Positions 1 through 9,282 of a stretch of 60,193 bases of DNA are shown here, one piece after another (positions within the stretch are counted from its first letter, which is position 1; each line of letters starts with the position of its first letter). The notes under the pieces are model-generated. The model did no database searches, had not been told where the DNA came from, and saw only the letters and a list, made by a program, of their open reading frames with translations. Source of the stretch: a virus (taxonomy: Duplodnaviria > Caudoviricetes); the IMG/VR virus record IMGVR_UViG_3300038557_000055, positions 1 to 60,193 of that record, one strand, 5' to 3'. The position numbers were made by a program, and so were the translations under genes.

Positions 1-711
1 GAAATGCTCATCGCCAAGGCCGCCCCGATGATATAGCTCCAGTGTTGCCTTTGCCCGCTCCAGCGCGCCCGCCGCCTTCTCTGAGGCGATGTCCTGCACT
101 GGCTGTGCTTTGGGCGCGGCGGCGAGGGCGGCAGACAGAGCGGCGCGAACCTCGTCGGAGAAAACCCGGCAGCATGTTGCGACATTAAACGGTTCAGTTG
201 ATTTGCTGCCGTTGGCTCCATGCAGGAAGGCTCTGAATAGTCCGGTGATTTCGACCGTCAGCGCCTGCACCGCTCTCTCATCTGAGGCGGTGACGGGGGA
301 GGTGTAGAGCTTGGCACCGGGAATAGGTTGGAAGCCGCTCACCCATTGGATGACGGCCATGTCGTTGAGTGAGCCAGTCAGATTCACCACTTCGCCCACC
401 GGCTCCGCCCCCGCCTGCGGCTCTATCGCTGCTAGGATGCGGGGTAGGTGAGTGACGCGCTGGACATTGAGGTATCCATCCTCAAAGCTCCAGTCGATTG
501 ACCAGCGATCGCCATCCCATTCGCTCGGCTCGTCAAGGCGGTCACGCATCGCTTGTGCTTCGTCGCTGGCATCGTCGGGATCGCCAAAGACTGCGGCAAC
601 CACCTCGCGTCGGAGGTCTTCGAAACCAACAACGACTTTCGAGCAACGCCCATCCGGTCCGTTCGTGACCAGCCAAGCGGCCTGTGCGGCTATATCGGCG
701 GTGTTAGGCAT
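1..711 (-). CDS. Phage hypothetical modular protein, runs off the window edge
   Basis: Manually translated open frame from ATG 711 (MPNTADIAAQAAWLVTNGPDG...EPVGEVV...KLYTSP) with no stop before position 1; upstream GGAGG. Confidence 0.7.
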   Translation of the reverse strand, partial: MPNTADIAAQAAWLVTNGPDGRCSKVVVGFEDLRREVVAAVFGDPDDASDEAQAMRDRLDEPSEWDGDRWSIDWSFEDGYLNVQRVTHLPRILAAIEPQAGAEPVGEVVNLTGSLNDMAVIQWVSGFQPIPGAKLYTSPVTASDERAVQALTVEITGLFRAFLHGANGSKSTEPFNVATCCRVFSDEVRAALSAALAAAPKAQPVQDIASEKAAGALERAKATLELYHRGGLGDEHF

Positions 712-880
712 GGGAGCCTCCCGGCGCTTCGAGGGGGACCAGGGCTTCCGAATTGGTGCGGATATAAACTTCGCACTGCTTGCGCGTGCCCCAGAACAGC
801 CACGTCTCAAACAGCTTACCGTCTGATACGTACCATTTGACGTGAGCCGGGATCATGTTGTGGCAGCGTAGGAGGATCAT
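704..880 (-). CDS. Small hypothetical protein
   Basis: ATGA overlap with the upstream gene; MILLRCHN... Confidence 0.55.
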   Translation of the reverse strand: MILLRCHNMIPAHVKWYVSDGKLFETWLFWGTRKQCEVYIRTNSEALVPLEAPGGSHA

Positions 881-1266
881 GACCGAGTCCTCCTGATGAT
901 CTCGCAAGCGACTTCCTCGTCACCGCTGGCCTTCCAGAGCGCCAGGGCGACGACAACAGGATCGATACCCTTTGACCTCCACCACGCCATCTCATCATGC
1001 TGGTGCTGGTCCCTATGGGCTTCGGGGCTGAGCGGAACGACCCATTGGTCGTCGGGCTTCTCGCCCATACCGGTGCCGCGCTTGCCGAGCCGCATGTCTG
1101 CGTAGCGAATGTGGGCCGCTTCGACCGGGCGCCGGCCTGTGACCAGGCAGGGCAGGGTGCGAATAAACTGGAGATGGTCCTCCAGCTTCACCCTCGGCCG
1201 TTTCTGCCCCTTGGCGGATGACCCGGTGAAAGCCTCGGCGTGACGCGGGAATCGAGCGGCCATCAC
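877..1266 (-). CDS. DUF968/Ref-like phage His-metal nuclease
   Basis: HLQFIRTLPC..EAAH..G.GEKPDD.WVVPL...H..QH pattern; recombination operon context. Confidence 0.7.
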   Translation of the reverse strand: MMAARFPRHAEAFTGSSAKGQKRPRVKLEDHLQFIRTLPCLVTGRRPVEAAHIRYADMRLGKRGTGMGEKPDDQWVVPLSPEAHRDQHQHDEMAWWRSKGIDPVVVALALWKASGDEEVACEIIRRTRS

Positions 1267-2687
1267 AGCAGCTCCTCGGACTTCACGCCGCTGGCATCGA
1301 TCAGTTTAGCCTTGCCATCTTCCAGGCTGACTTTCCGCTCACAGATGTTGATGCAGATGTCGCGCAGCTCGCAGGCATAGTCCCGCGCATCCTTGGAAAT
1401 CGTCTCCGAGGTGGCATGCTCGACGATCTGCTCCACCTGGTCTCGGACGGCTTGAGCCGGCGCACCGGGCTTCGTGACGGCCCAGAGATACTTGGCCACA
1501 TCCTTCAGCCAGGTGTCCTCCTCCTCGGTGAACGGCGATGCGGGAGGCGAGGCATCCGGCAGGTCCAACTGTTCTCCTGCCTCGCCATCGCCTCCCAGGT
1601 CCGCCGCTGCGGATTGTTCAGCGCCGAGAGCTGGGTTGGGGGGCGGGGTTTCGCTCCCGGCGCTTCCGTCGACCGACACCCTCTCGGCCGACGATTTCAA
1701 TTCGGTCTTAACGTGCTTGTGGCTGAAGCCTTCCCCGCTGGAGGTGTGGCCAGAAGCCTCGCGCGCAGCGGCCAGCCGGTCAGCGACCGTTGTTGAGCCG
1801 TCGGCCTCCTGAATGTCGTTGTTGATCTGGTCAGCCGCCGCCGCTATCGATTTGAATTCTTCCTTGTCGCCGACCAGGCGCTTTTGCCATTGGCCGAGGT
1901 TGGACCACCATTCCAACAAACCGGCTGTGCCGCCCTGGGCGATCTCGAGTCCTTCGCGCTTCTTCGCCTCGTACTCCGGATCGAGGGCTTTGCCTTCTTC
2001 GGCCCATTTGCGGACCATGGCTCCGATCTCAGGATCGATCCGGCGAGGGGTCTGGAAAATGTGCCGAAGACCCTCGGGGCATTTCGTGATGGTCGGAAGG
2101 TTCGTTCCCTCGGCCAGCATCATCGACAGGGTCATCTCGTAGATGAAGCCCTTCTCCTGGATCGCAACGAAGCCCTCGTTCACGATCTCGGTCTTGCCGT
2201 TGATTTTGACCTGGGCGTGCTTCTCCTTCACTCGGCAGCAGAAAATAAGGTGCATCCTCGCCTGAAGCAGGGCGTTCATAAACTTGCGATGTGCAGCCTT
2301 CGGCTTTGCCCAGCTATTCAAGCCGGATTTCTTGGCGGCCTGCTCTATGGCTTCGGCCTGCTCCAGTATTCCGCCGGTGCCTTCCCACTCGTGGGACGCG
2401 CTGTCGATCACCACCACCTTGAACCCAGCAGCCTCGAACTCCTGGACCGCTTCGACATAGCGCTGGGGCGTGAACGGCGGGGTCAGGTCGAGGACATGAA
2501 ATCCGCCAGCTACGCCGGCGTAATAGCGGGATCGTTTGTTTTCAGCATCGATAAGCCCGATTTCCCCATCAGGCCCGACCAGCCCGCGGGCGAGCTGCAG
2601 TGCGGAATAAGTCTTGCCGGAGCCTGATGGCCCCGAGATCGATATAAGCACGAAACCCTGCTCTTGTACGGCGCGCTCGATCTTCAT
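1263..2687 (-). CDS. AAA_24/Sak4-like recombination ATPase with long acidic C-terminal extension
   Basis: Walker A GPSGSGKT, VVIDSASHEW; adjacent to RecE-like exonuclease. Confidence 0.85.
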   Translation of the reverse strand: MKIERAVQEQGFVLISISGPSGSGKTYSALQLARGLVGPDGEIGLIDAENKRSRYYAGVAGGFHVLDLTPPFTPQRYVEAVQEFEAAGFKVVVIDSASHEWEGTGGILEQAEAIEQAAKKSGLNSWAKPKAAHRKFMNALLQARMHLIFCCRVKEKHAQVKINGKTEIVNEGFVAIQEKGFIYEMTLSMMLAEGTNLPTITKCPEGLRHIFQTPRRIDPEIGAMVRKWAEEGKALDPEYEAKKREGLEIAQGGTAGLLEWWSNLGQWQKRLVGDKEEFKSIAAAADQINNDIQEADGSTTVADRLAAAREASGHTSSGEGFSHKHVKTELKSSAERVSVDGSAGSETPPPNPALGAEQSAAADLGGDGEAGEQLDLPDASPPASPFTEEEDTWLKDVAKYLWAVTKPGAPAQAVRDQVEQIVEHATSETISKDARDYACELRDICINICERKVSLEDGKAKLIDASGVKSEELL

Positions 2688-2689
2688 GG

Positions 2690-3679
2690 TCAGGCCGCCT
2701 GAGCAGGGATGGAGGGGTCGTTGTCCAGCGACTTCTCAAGCCAGTCGGGCGGCGAGGCCGTGTATCCGGAGGTGAAATAGGTCGGCCAGAACTTGGTCCG
2801 CATGCACTCGGCAAAGACGTCCAGTGCAGCGCGGTTCTGGCGCATGCCATCCCAGATGTATTGGTTGTCGAGTGGGAGCAGGTCGTAAGCCCATGGCCGC
2901 TCGGTCTCGAGGAACAAGAGGACGTGTTCCGTTGTCTGGATGCCGGCGGCTCGCTCAAGCGCGGTGCTCGCCAGCGCCATCTGCATGTAATAGCCGTACT
3001 TGTTCACGGCGTTCAGGCTGGATCGGCGAGAGGCGTCTTCACAGGTCTTGAGGTCCGCGATCGTCGTATCCACCGGGATGCAGTCGGGGCGAGCCTTCAC
3101 CCAGACGTTCGTCTTCTTGTCGCGGTAGATGATGGACCTCTCGGTCCGACCATCGAGGAGATCGCGAAGTGTCTGATTGCTGGCGATCCGATTGGCCATG
3201 CCCTCGATCTGGCCGAGGTTGTCAGGGACGAGCACCTTCTTGCCCGCCTTGACCATCGACGCGCGCCACTCTTTTGAGGCGTCCGTCCGCCAGTCCTTGA
3301 ACTCTTTGGGTCGGATCGCGAAGGTTTCGTTGAAGCCCTTCTCGCCCAGAAGCAGCGTGTGGACCGCATTGCCGAGATCGAAATAGTCCTTCTGAACAGG
3401 CGGAGCTTTCTCGGGGTTCAGGTAGCTCTTGTCCCAGAACTTAAGGGGGCAGCCGTTCGGTGGCGCCAGCTCGCGCAATCCGCTCGAGGAGATTGACGGA
3501 CCGTCGCAGCAGTCCGAGTGATAGGTCTCAAGCGGAAGATCCTTGTAGATGCCGGCCTCCGCGATCACCTCGCCGGACCATGTCTTCTCCTGCTCAAGCC
3601 GGCTGACAATCTTGGCTGTCTGCTGGCCGATGGATGTAATGCCGTCGACGTCATTGTCGAAAAGAGGGATGTCGGTCAC
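2690..3679 (-). CDS. RecE/exonuclease VIII-like PD-(D/E)XK nuclease (DUF3799-like)
   Basis: YH...ISSSGL, GNAVH, KARPD, DLKT, YYMQMA motifs. Confidence 0.88.
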   Translation of the reverse strand: MTDIPLFDNDVDGITSIGQQTAKIVSRLEQEKTWSGEVIAEAGIYKDLPLETYHSDCCDGPSISSSGLRELAPPNGCPLKFWDKSYLNPEKAPPVQKDYFDLGNAVHTLLLGEKGFNETFAIRPKEFKDWRTDASKEWRASMVKAGKKVLVPDNLGQIEGMANRIASNQTLRDLLDGRTERSIIYRDKKTNVWVKARPDCIPVDTTIADLKTCEDASRRSSLNAVNKYGYYMQMALASTALERAAGIQTTEHVLLFLETERPWAYDLLPLDNQYIWDGMRQNRAALDVFAECMRTKFWPTYFTSGYTASPPDWLEKSLDNDPSIPAQAA

Positions 3680-3858
3680 AGGAAATCTCCATCACGGGTC
3701 GCATCAGCGATGCGGATTGCCGCCTTCGCCTCGCGTTCGAATTGTCTTCGGGTGGTGTTGGGGAGCTTTTCGAACCGGGTTCTTGCCCGTTCCGGATCAC
3801 GCTCCCGGGTGAATTCTTGGTAGATGCCAAAGGCTACTTCGGTGACGCGATCCGTCAC
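3676..3858 (-). CDS. Small hypothetical protein
   Basis: GTGA overlaps with neighbouring genes in the leftward operon. Confidence 0.6.
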   Translation of the reverse strand: MTDRVTEVAFGIYQEFTRERDPERARTRFEKLPNTTRRQFEREAKAAIRIADATRDGDFL

Positions 3859-4085
3859 GGCTTCGCCTCCCTGTAGCCTCCGCGCTGCATCTCTTCCGCG
3901 ATGCGCAGTGGCATGCCGATGAAGCCGCCATATGAGGACCAGCCGGTGAGCTGGCGCTCCGCTTCGCTGTAGGCGCGCCGATACTCGCGATCCGCATCAG
4001 TGTTGTGCGACTTCGGATCAAGCTTGATCGTGGTGACGTTTCGCCACTCACCGTCTCGCTCTACTTGGATGTACAGCGCGCTCAT
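3855..4085 (-). CDS. Small hypothetical protein
   Basis: Coupled start/stop overlaps. Confidence 0.6.
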   Translation of the reverse strand: MSALYIQVERDGEWRNVTTIKLDPKSHNTDADREYRRAYSEAERQLTGWSSYGGFIGMPLRIAEEMQRGGYREAKP

Positions 4086-4429
4086 GCCGCCACCTTTGGA
4101 TTGGTGGAGGCGACTTCACACAAGCCATGCGGACTTACAGGACAAGCCGCCTCCTGTGCTGCCGTTCGCCCGGCAGCGAGCCTACTCGCCTCTCCCGTCA
4201 TCGGGGCGCACATCGCGGCGCTGGTCCGACCGTTGTCCTCGGAGGCTTTCGCTTGGGAATCAGATGTGAGGTCGCAGTATCGCCGGCGAACGACGGCACG
4301 AAGCTCATAGTCGTCATCGAACTGCATGAGTTCTTCCAGGGCGACCAGCACGCGCTGCCGGCATGCCGGCTTGTCGTCAAGCATAAGCGCGGCTGTGGCG
4401 ACTTCCCTGTCGTAAGGGGACTGCATCAC
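4082..4429 (-). CDS. Hypothetical protein
   Basis: Coupled overlaps; RBS GGAGA. Confidence 0.6.
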   Translation of the reverse strand: MMQSPYDREVATAALMLDDKPACRQRVLVALEELMQFDDDYELRAVVRRRYCDLTSDSQAKASEDNGRTSAAMCAPMTGEASRLAAGRTAAQEAACPVSPHGLCEVASTNPKVAA

Positions 4430-4773
4430 AATTTCTCCAGATCGAGAGGGTGGCTGTAGCCGTCGCGGCTATGCTGCTGGTCGGTCTTCACATCCCGACC
4501 AAAGCCAGCGGTGGCCAATGCGAATTCAGGGGCGATCGAGTCGACGAACGACTTCAAGACCGCGAAATCGGTAGCGCTGAGAACCTGCGAAAATGCCGTG
4601 CCGCCGTGAACGGCTCCGGACACCTTTTCCGATGCTCGAGCCAATGCGGCGAGCTTCGGTGCCGACTGCCCGCCGAAGTCCAAAACGGCAGGGACTATGT
4701 TGAGCTGGGCCGGCTTAGCGGCCGATGCCAGGGCATTCGTGATGCCGGCGAGGGTCAGATCGTGGCGGCTCAT
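4426..4773 (-). CDS. Hypothetical protein
   Basis: GGAGG upstream of ATG 4773 (MSRHDLT...). Confidence 0.6.
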   Translation of the reverse strand: MSRHDLTLAGITNALASAAKPAQLNIVPAVLDFGGQSAPKLAALARASEKVSGAVHGGTAFSQVLSATDFAVLKSFVDSIAPEFALATAGFGRDVKTDQQHSRDGYSHPLDLEKL

Positions 4774-4965
4774 GACAGAGCCTCCAGTGGGCAACCTTGT
4801 TCCCGATTCAGAACGAGGTTGCCCGGGTGGAGATCGAGTGGGGTGGGATGGGGACCTACTTCATTACGATGTCCTCCTGCGTTCGTTGCGCGGCGAGACC
4901 GACCTGTCGAAACCAGATGGATTTTCGTGGTTGGGCGCATCGGCCATCTCCTTCAAGACAGCCGG

Positions 4966-4994
4966 ATTATGCAAAGTGGATAAATGAGTGTCAA
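4966..4994 (-). promoter_or_regulatory. Leftward early promoter (PL-like)
   Basis: Minus strand TTGACA-17 nt-CATAAT, overlapped by operator-like sites at 4969-4981 and 4994-5006. Confidence 0.8.
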
Positions 4995-5044
4995 TACACA
5001 ATGGATATAATTATCCGTAACGTTGACAACGAAACGGATAGGGC

Positions 5045-5087
5045 AGAAAAGAAGAAACCCCGCACGTCCTGCAAGACGTCGGGGTTT
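5045..5087 (-). terminator. Intrinsic terminator for leftward transcripts from the immunity region
   Basis: Minus strand AAACCCCG..CGGGGTTT stem followed by CTTCTTTTC. Confidence 0.65.
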
Positions 5088-5164
5088 GACTGGATGGAAT
5101 TTGGTTTGGCGACCAGAAATCCAGTGGACTGTTGATAGCAGAATCCACCTGATTTCTCAAGCTT

Positions 5165-5440
5165 TTCCGACATTTCCAGGCAGTTTGCGGTGAGATCCGG
5201 TGCAACTCCGGGCAGGTTTAGCCGCAGGCGCGGGTGTCGAAAGTCCTACCGTGCTGCCTGAAAGAGAGGACCGACTCGCCGAGAGGGAGTCGTTGCTTGT
5301 GTCCCATCCCGGCTCCGGCCTTCAGGACATGGCAATGGGCACTCCGTCCTCTTTGGCTATGCCATAGGGGAGGGGGTGTCTGTTGCCTGGAACCCTCCCT
5401 CTCCATCCTTCAGAAACTTTCGAATGAAGAGATGGAGATA
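5165..5440 (+). ncRNA. Candidate structured non-coding RNA
   Basis: Many nested helices with G-U pairs valid only on + strand; no convincing ORF. Confidence 0.45.
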
Positions 5441-5447
5441 GAAGCCG

Positions 5448-5717
5448 TTAGGATTGGTCTCTAGCCATGGTTGCAATGAATTCTACGAATTTCTCACGAT
5501 CGGACGGTTCAAGCTTTTGCATCATCGGCCATATCGCTGCTGCGAGGCGCTGGGTTGGCTCGTTGAAGGTAGCCTCCAGCCGTTCGTGGATCTCGCCATT
5601 CATGGTGTTGCCGGTGCCCTTGCGTGACTCGAGCAACAGCTCCTTCAGGTCTGGCGACATATTGAAGTTGTGGCGTTCGCGTCTCTGTGGCGCGGAATTT
5701 GTCGGCTTCGGCAGCAT
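5448..5717 (-). CDS. Arc-like ribbon-helix-helix DNA-binding protein
   Basis: FNMSPDLKELL.ES.K..GNTMNGEIHERLEATF matches the Arc/Mnt pattern. Confidence 0.75.
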   Translation of the reverse strand: MLPKPTNSAPQRRERHNFNMSPDLKELLLESRKGTGNTMNGEIHERLEATFNEPTQRLAAAIWPMMQKLEPSDREKFVEFIATMARDQS

Positions 5718-5883
5718 GATGTGCCGATTTATGGATGATAGGTTGACGCTTCGAAATGGTGCAAAAAATCAACGAAACTGTGCATACTGGGCAGTCGTGG
5801 CGCGGGGGCGCTTAAAGAGGTGCCGCCGCGAATTGCCTGACGCTACAGTGCATCAAAGGCGCGTCCGACAGGTGTTGGTTCGC

Positions 5884-6633
5884 ATGATGCTTGATCTCCA
5901 TGCCCTGGTGACTTCGCAGGAGCGTCCAACGGAAGAGATGATCGTGGCGCTGGCAATTCGGCTTGGCCAGTACGAGGGCAAGGCCCTGGATGCCTACCAG
6001 ATCGCCAAGATTACCACGCTGCCGAGAACATCGGTGCTGCGCTACTTGAACACGATGCGGATTCGGGGCCGCATATCCCAAGCTCGCATCGGGCGTCGCA
6101 ACGTCTACTACATCAAGTCGACGTCACCCGAGATAGATGCCTTCTTCGCAGATGCGGAAACCGTCGTTCGCAATGCAGCGCGGACGTTGACCAAAATGGA
6201 CTATACACCAAGTCTAACGCTCGGTAGCAATTCGTTAGCTGGCACTGAAATACGAGGCGGCGCTTCTTGGGGAGCGCCGTTCAGGCCAGCGAGTAGGCAA
6301 TCACAAGGTCAGGAACTGTTCGGCGCTGGCGTCCTTCAGGGGCGCGTCATCGGACGTGCAAGCGGCAGGGGAAGTGCGTTGGAAATGCAGGGAGGATTGG
6401 CCGATTGGGCCAAGTTACAGGGTTTGATCGAAGCTCACCGTATGCTGATTCAGCAGCTTCAGCACGCTGGCGAGATGGCGGAGATCGACGGCGCTTTGAA
6501 CAAGATACTGGATTTCAAACCGTATTCTCCGGAAGCTCGCCGCGAGCGGGCCGTCTACCTGGTTGAATTGATGGAAGAGGGTGATGAGTTGCAGGCTCCG
6601 CAATTCAAGCGGCTGCTCAGGTCGATGATATAA
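5884..6633 (+). CDS. Putative winged-HTH protein (start uncertain; may be two modules)
   Basis: LDAYQIAKITTLPRTSVLRYLNTM..RGRI HTH; upstream part of the 388-aa ORF overlaps Arc antisense. Confidence 0.5.
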   Translation: MMLDLHALVTSQERPTEEMIVALAIRLGQYEGKALDAYQIAKITTLPRTSVLRYLNTMRIRGRISQARIGRRNVYYIKSTSPEIDAFFADAETVVRNAARTLTKMDYTPSLTLGSNSLAGTEIRGGASWGAPFRPASRQSQGQELFGAGVLQGRVIGRASGRGSALEMQGGLADWAKLQGLIEAHRMLIQQLQHAGEMAEIDGALNKILDFKPYSPEARRERAVYLVELMEEGDELQAPQFKRLLRSMI

Positions 6634-6978
6634 TCAGTTATCGGATAGATACCGGTCGCGGAATTTTCGGTTAGCCTCGATCTCGGCGCCGTGCTTGCGA
6701 TATGCCACTGATGATGAAGCCGCTGGTGGAGACGGTCGTGCAGGGGTCTCCGAAGACTTCTGCATCTGCTGCAGGACGTAGTTCGCGAGGCCGATCAAAG
6801 CTACCAAGGCGAGCACCATCAGAGCCACCCCTTCGGTAGAAAGGTTCATTGCCGTGATGGCCCATACGGCTGAGCCTACGGCAATGACAGTGCCGAGGAT
6901 CCTGCCGATCGCTCCGATGACGATCGACGATCCGAAGAGCAGGATGGCCACGATGAGAAGAAGCAGGAAGACAGCCAT
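6634..6978 (-). CDS. Small membrane protein downstream of cI (lysogeny-expressed candidate)
   Basis: 2-3 hydrophobic segments; overlaps the cI stop. Confidence 0.7.
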   Translation of the reverse strand: MAVFLLLLIVAILLFGSSIVIGAIGRILGTVIAVGSAVWAITAMNLSTEGVALMVLALVALIGLANYVLQQMQKSSETPARPSPPAASSSVAYRKHGAEIEANRKFRDRYLSDN

Positions 6979-7682
6979 CACATCACCGAGAACCGGCCTT
7001 TAACCCGGCCGATGATGAAAGCTTCCTCTACCGTTGCCTCATATGGTGAGTAAGACGGGTTGCGGCTGCTCAATCGGATGCGGACCGGGTCAGACTTCGG
7101 AACGATTTCAACGAGCTTAACCACCAAGCCGGTGCCGTCAAACACCAGAAACGGGCCGGGAGGTGACGGCCGCCGGTCCCGAGTATCGCAGATTACGCGA
7201 TCCCCAGAAAACAACGAACCTGGTGCATGTGGATTTGTCGGGTCGTATCCCGAGTCGCCAGACACTTCGATTATCCAAGCCGCAGACGGTTCGGTGTGAA
7301 GCACGCCGCGCAAGAATGAGTCTGGAACGCTCCAGACGTCCCGGACCGCATCGGCGTCCACCGAATATCCGTTCTGGGTATGGGTGATCATCTCGCCCAG
7401 GCCGCCGCCGCCGGCACCGGCGCGGGCGTCGACCTCACGAATGACTCGAGATGACTTTTGAGCGTCATCAGCGTCGATGCCAAGGATCAGCCATTCCGGC
7501 CGAACCTTATATTTTCTGGCATATCGAACAGCATCATCGTTGCTGAAATCGCGGGTGCCATTTTCGTGGTGGTAATAGGACGGGCGAGGCACGCCGAGTG
7601 CATCCGCTGCGTCTCCCGGCGTCTTATAGCCGGCGTTGATACGAGCCTTCTTCAGGCGTTCCGGTTTATCCGCTGTGTTCAT
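6978..7682 (-). CDS. cI: CI-like repressor (XRE HTH + S24 peptidase)
   Basis: RLKKARINAG..AADALGV...YYHHENG HTH; Ala-Gly site; VSGDS and VVK catalytic Ser/Lys; divergent from Cro-like gene. Confidence 0.92.
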   Translation of the reverse strand: MNTADKPERLKKARINAGYKTPGDAADALGVPRPSYYHHENGTRDFSNDDAVRYARKYKVRPEWLILGIDADDAQKSSRVIREVDARAGAGGGGLGEMITHTQNGYSVDADAVRDVWSVPDSFLRGVLHTEPSAAWIIEVSGDSGYDPTNPHAPGSLFSGDRVICDTRDRRPSPPGPFLVFDGTGLVVKLVEIVPKSDPVRIRLSSRNPSYSPYEATVEEAFIIGRVKGRFSVM

Positions 7683-7708
7683 AGCGGCGGACAATCGCAA
7701 ATTTCCGT

Positions 7709-7765
7709 ATCCGATGTGGGTTGACATCTAATAATCCCTTCTGCATATGATTATACAGAACGGAT
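7709..7765 (+). promoter_or_regulatory. PR-like promoter with three operator-like sites
   Basis: TTGACA 7721-7726, 17 nt, CATATG; ATCCGATGTGGGT 7709, ATCCCTTCTGCAT 7734, ATACAGAACGGAT 7753. Confidence 0.75.
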
Positions 7766-7780
7766 ACAGGTGCTACCTAC

Positions 7781-8053
7781 ATGGACCCGAACACCACTCT
7801 CACAGGGCCTCAGATCGTTTACATCCGTAACCGTCTCGGCTTCCGGTCACAGGCTGCGCTCGCCAAGCGCATTGGCTCTTCACAAGCCGCCTTGTCCCGA
7901 AAGGAGACCAATCTTGAGCCCCAGAAAGGGCCTGAGATCATCTTGATCGTGCTTCTCGCCAAAGAAGCGAAGATCGAGATCGTTTCCACCGAAGAAGCCG
8001 TCGCCTTCCTGGAAGAGAAGGCCGAATTCCCCGTCGAGGAGACCGCCGCCTGA
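7781..8053 (+). CDS. Cro-like HTH protein
   Basis: IRNRLGFRSQAALAKRIGSSQAALSRKE; divergent from cI. Confidence 0.85.
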   Translation: MDPNTTLTGPQIVYIRNRLGFRSQAALAKRIGSSQAALSRKETNLEPQKGPEIILIVLLAKEAKIEIVSTEEAVAFLEEKAEFPVEETAA

Positions 8054-8430
8054 TGGGTGCTGCGTTCGCTCTCGACGCTGTGACTTATAGCGACCTCGTC
8101 GATCACGAGGTTGCAAGGATCACGCACGATCTTGCGAAAAGTGATCAAGAGGTTGCGTTCGATCTGCTCATGCTGGTGATCGGCCGGCGCGGTATCGACG
8201 AGTACAAATCGAACATGCTCGATCGAGCGCACGACGCGCTCTTGAAGCTGAACGTCAATTGGACCCGTCGTAGGGTCGAAACGATCTTCCACAAACAGGC
8301 AAAGCGCATCGACCGGCGAGAAGTCGCCGAGATGGCCGCTGTCATCAAAAAGGCAAGGGCGAACCATGCGGCCTACCGAGAAGAAACCGCCCGTATTGCT
8401 GCGTTGGTTGACCGTCCAAAGGCGGATTGA
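8053..8430 (+). CDS. Hypothetical protein in the CII position
   Basis: TGATG coupling to cro; WTRRRVETIF segment. Confidence 0.7.
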   Translation: MGAAFALDAVTYSDLVDHEVARITHDLAKSDQEVAFDLLMLVIGRRGIDEYKSNMLDRAHDALLKLNVNWTRRRVETIFHKQAKRIDRREVAEMAAVIKKARANHAAYREETARIAALVDRPKAD

Positions 8431-8519
8431 GCTCGCAGAATTGCTCCGAAATTGGGCGGCCGATGTTGCCGAATGGATCGCCCCGGAAATCACGCAGTAA
8501 GGCCGGAAGGAGGCCATCC

Positions 8520-9173
8520 ATGGCGAAGAAGCCAAAAGCAAGTACCGGTAAGGGGTTCGATCCTTACACCCCACGCGACCCGCGGAAGGAGAAGGAGGCG
8601 GAGGGTACCGCGCCGCCAAAGACCAATGTGGCGGAAGATGCGGTCAAGGCGGTGAACCTCGCCAAGATCAAGGACGCCAACGAGGCGCTGCAGGTGGCAA
8701 AGAACAACCACCAGTCGGTGATCAAGCATGCCGAAGCCAAGGGCATCCATCTCGCCGCCGCCAAGGAAGCGTTGAAGATCAAGAAGTCCGGCAAGATCGA
8801 GACCGTCGTCTCCAAGCTGTCGGCCACCTTGGAATATCTCTTCATCCTCGGGGTGCCGCTGGACAAGAAGCAGCTCGAGCTGTTCCGCGTCGAAGATCCC
8901 CGCGCTCCATTGGTCGAGCGAGCCAAGCAACACGGCAGGCTCACTGGCATCCTCGGAGGTGGAACAAGCGAGTGTCCGCACGATCTGAGCACTGCTGCAG
9001 GTCAAGCCTGGATGCAAGGTTTCCATGGCGGGATCGAGGAGCGGAAGCTCGTACTCGACCTCGAGCCGAAGGACAGCACCGACGATCTGATCAAGAGCGG
9101 CGATGAAGTCGACGATCCCGATGACGAAGAGGTCGACGAAGACGCCGACGAGAAGGAAACCGAAGACGCATAA
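8520..9173 (+). CDS. GapR-like helical domain plus Rmf-like motif and acidic tail
   Basis: AGGAGG RBS; VIKHAEAKGIHLAAAKEALKIKK; CPHD...AWMQGFHGG. Confidence 0.6.
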   Translation: MAKKPKASTGKGFDPYTPRDPRKEKEAEGTAPPKTNVAEDAVKAVNLAKIKDANEALQVAKNNHQSVIKHAEAKGIHLAAAKEALKIKKSGKIETVVSKLSATLEYLFILGVPLDKKQLELFRVEDPRAPLVERAKQHGRLTGILGGGTSECPHDLSTAAGQAWMQGFHGGIEERKLVLDLEPKDSTDDLIKSGDEVDDPDDEEVDEDADEKETEDA

Positions 9174-9282
9174 CAGCGTCCGGCTCAGCGACCGCGACTG
9201 ATTTCGCGGGAGGCCAAGTGGCCATCCTCCCACAAATTGGCGGCGCGAATGCCGCCCTCTTTCTCGCCAGCGAGAGCCGGAC

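Noticed and set aside
5467-5883. N-terminal part of the 388-aa ORF as real coding sequence
   Set aside because: Lies antisense to the Arc-like gene and its upstream region; only the HTH part looks protein-like
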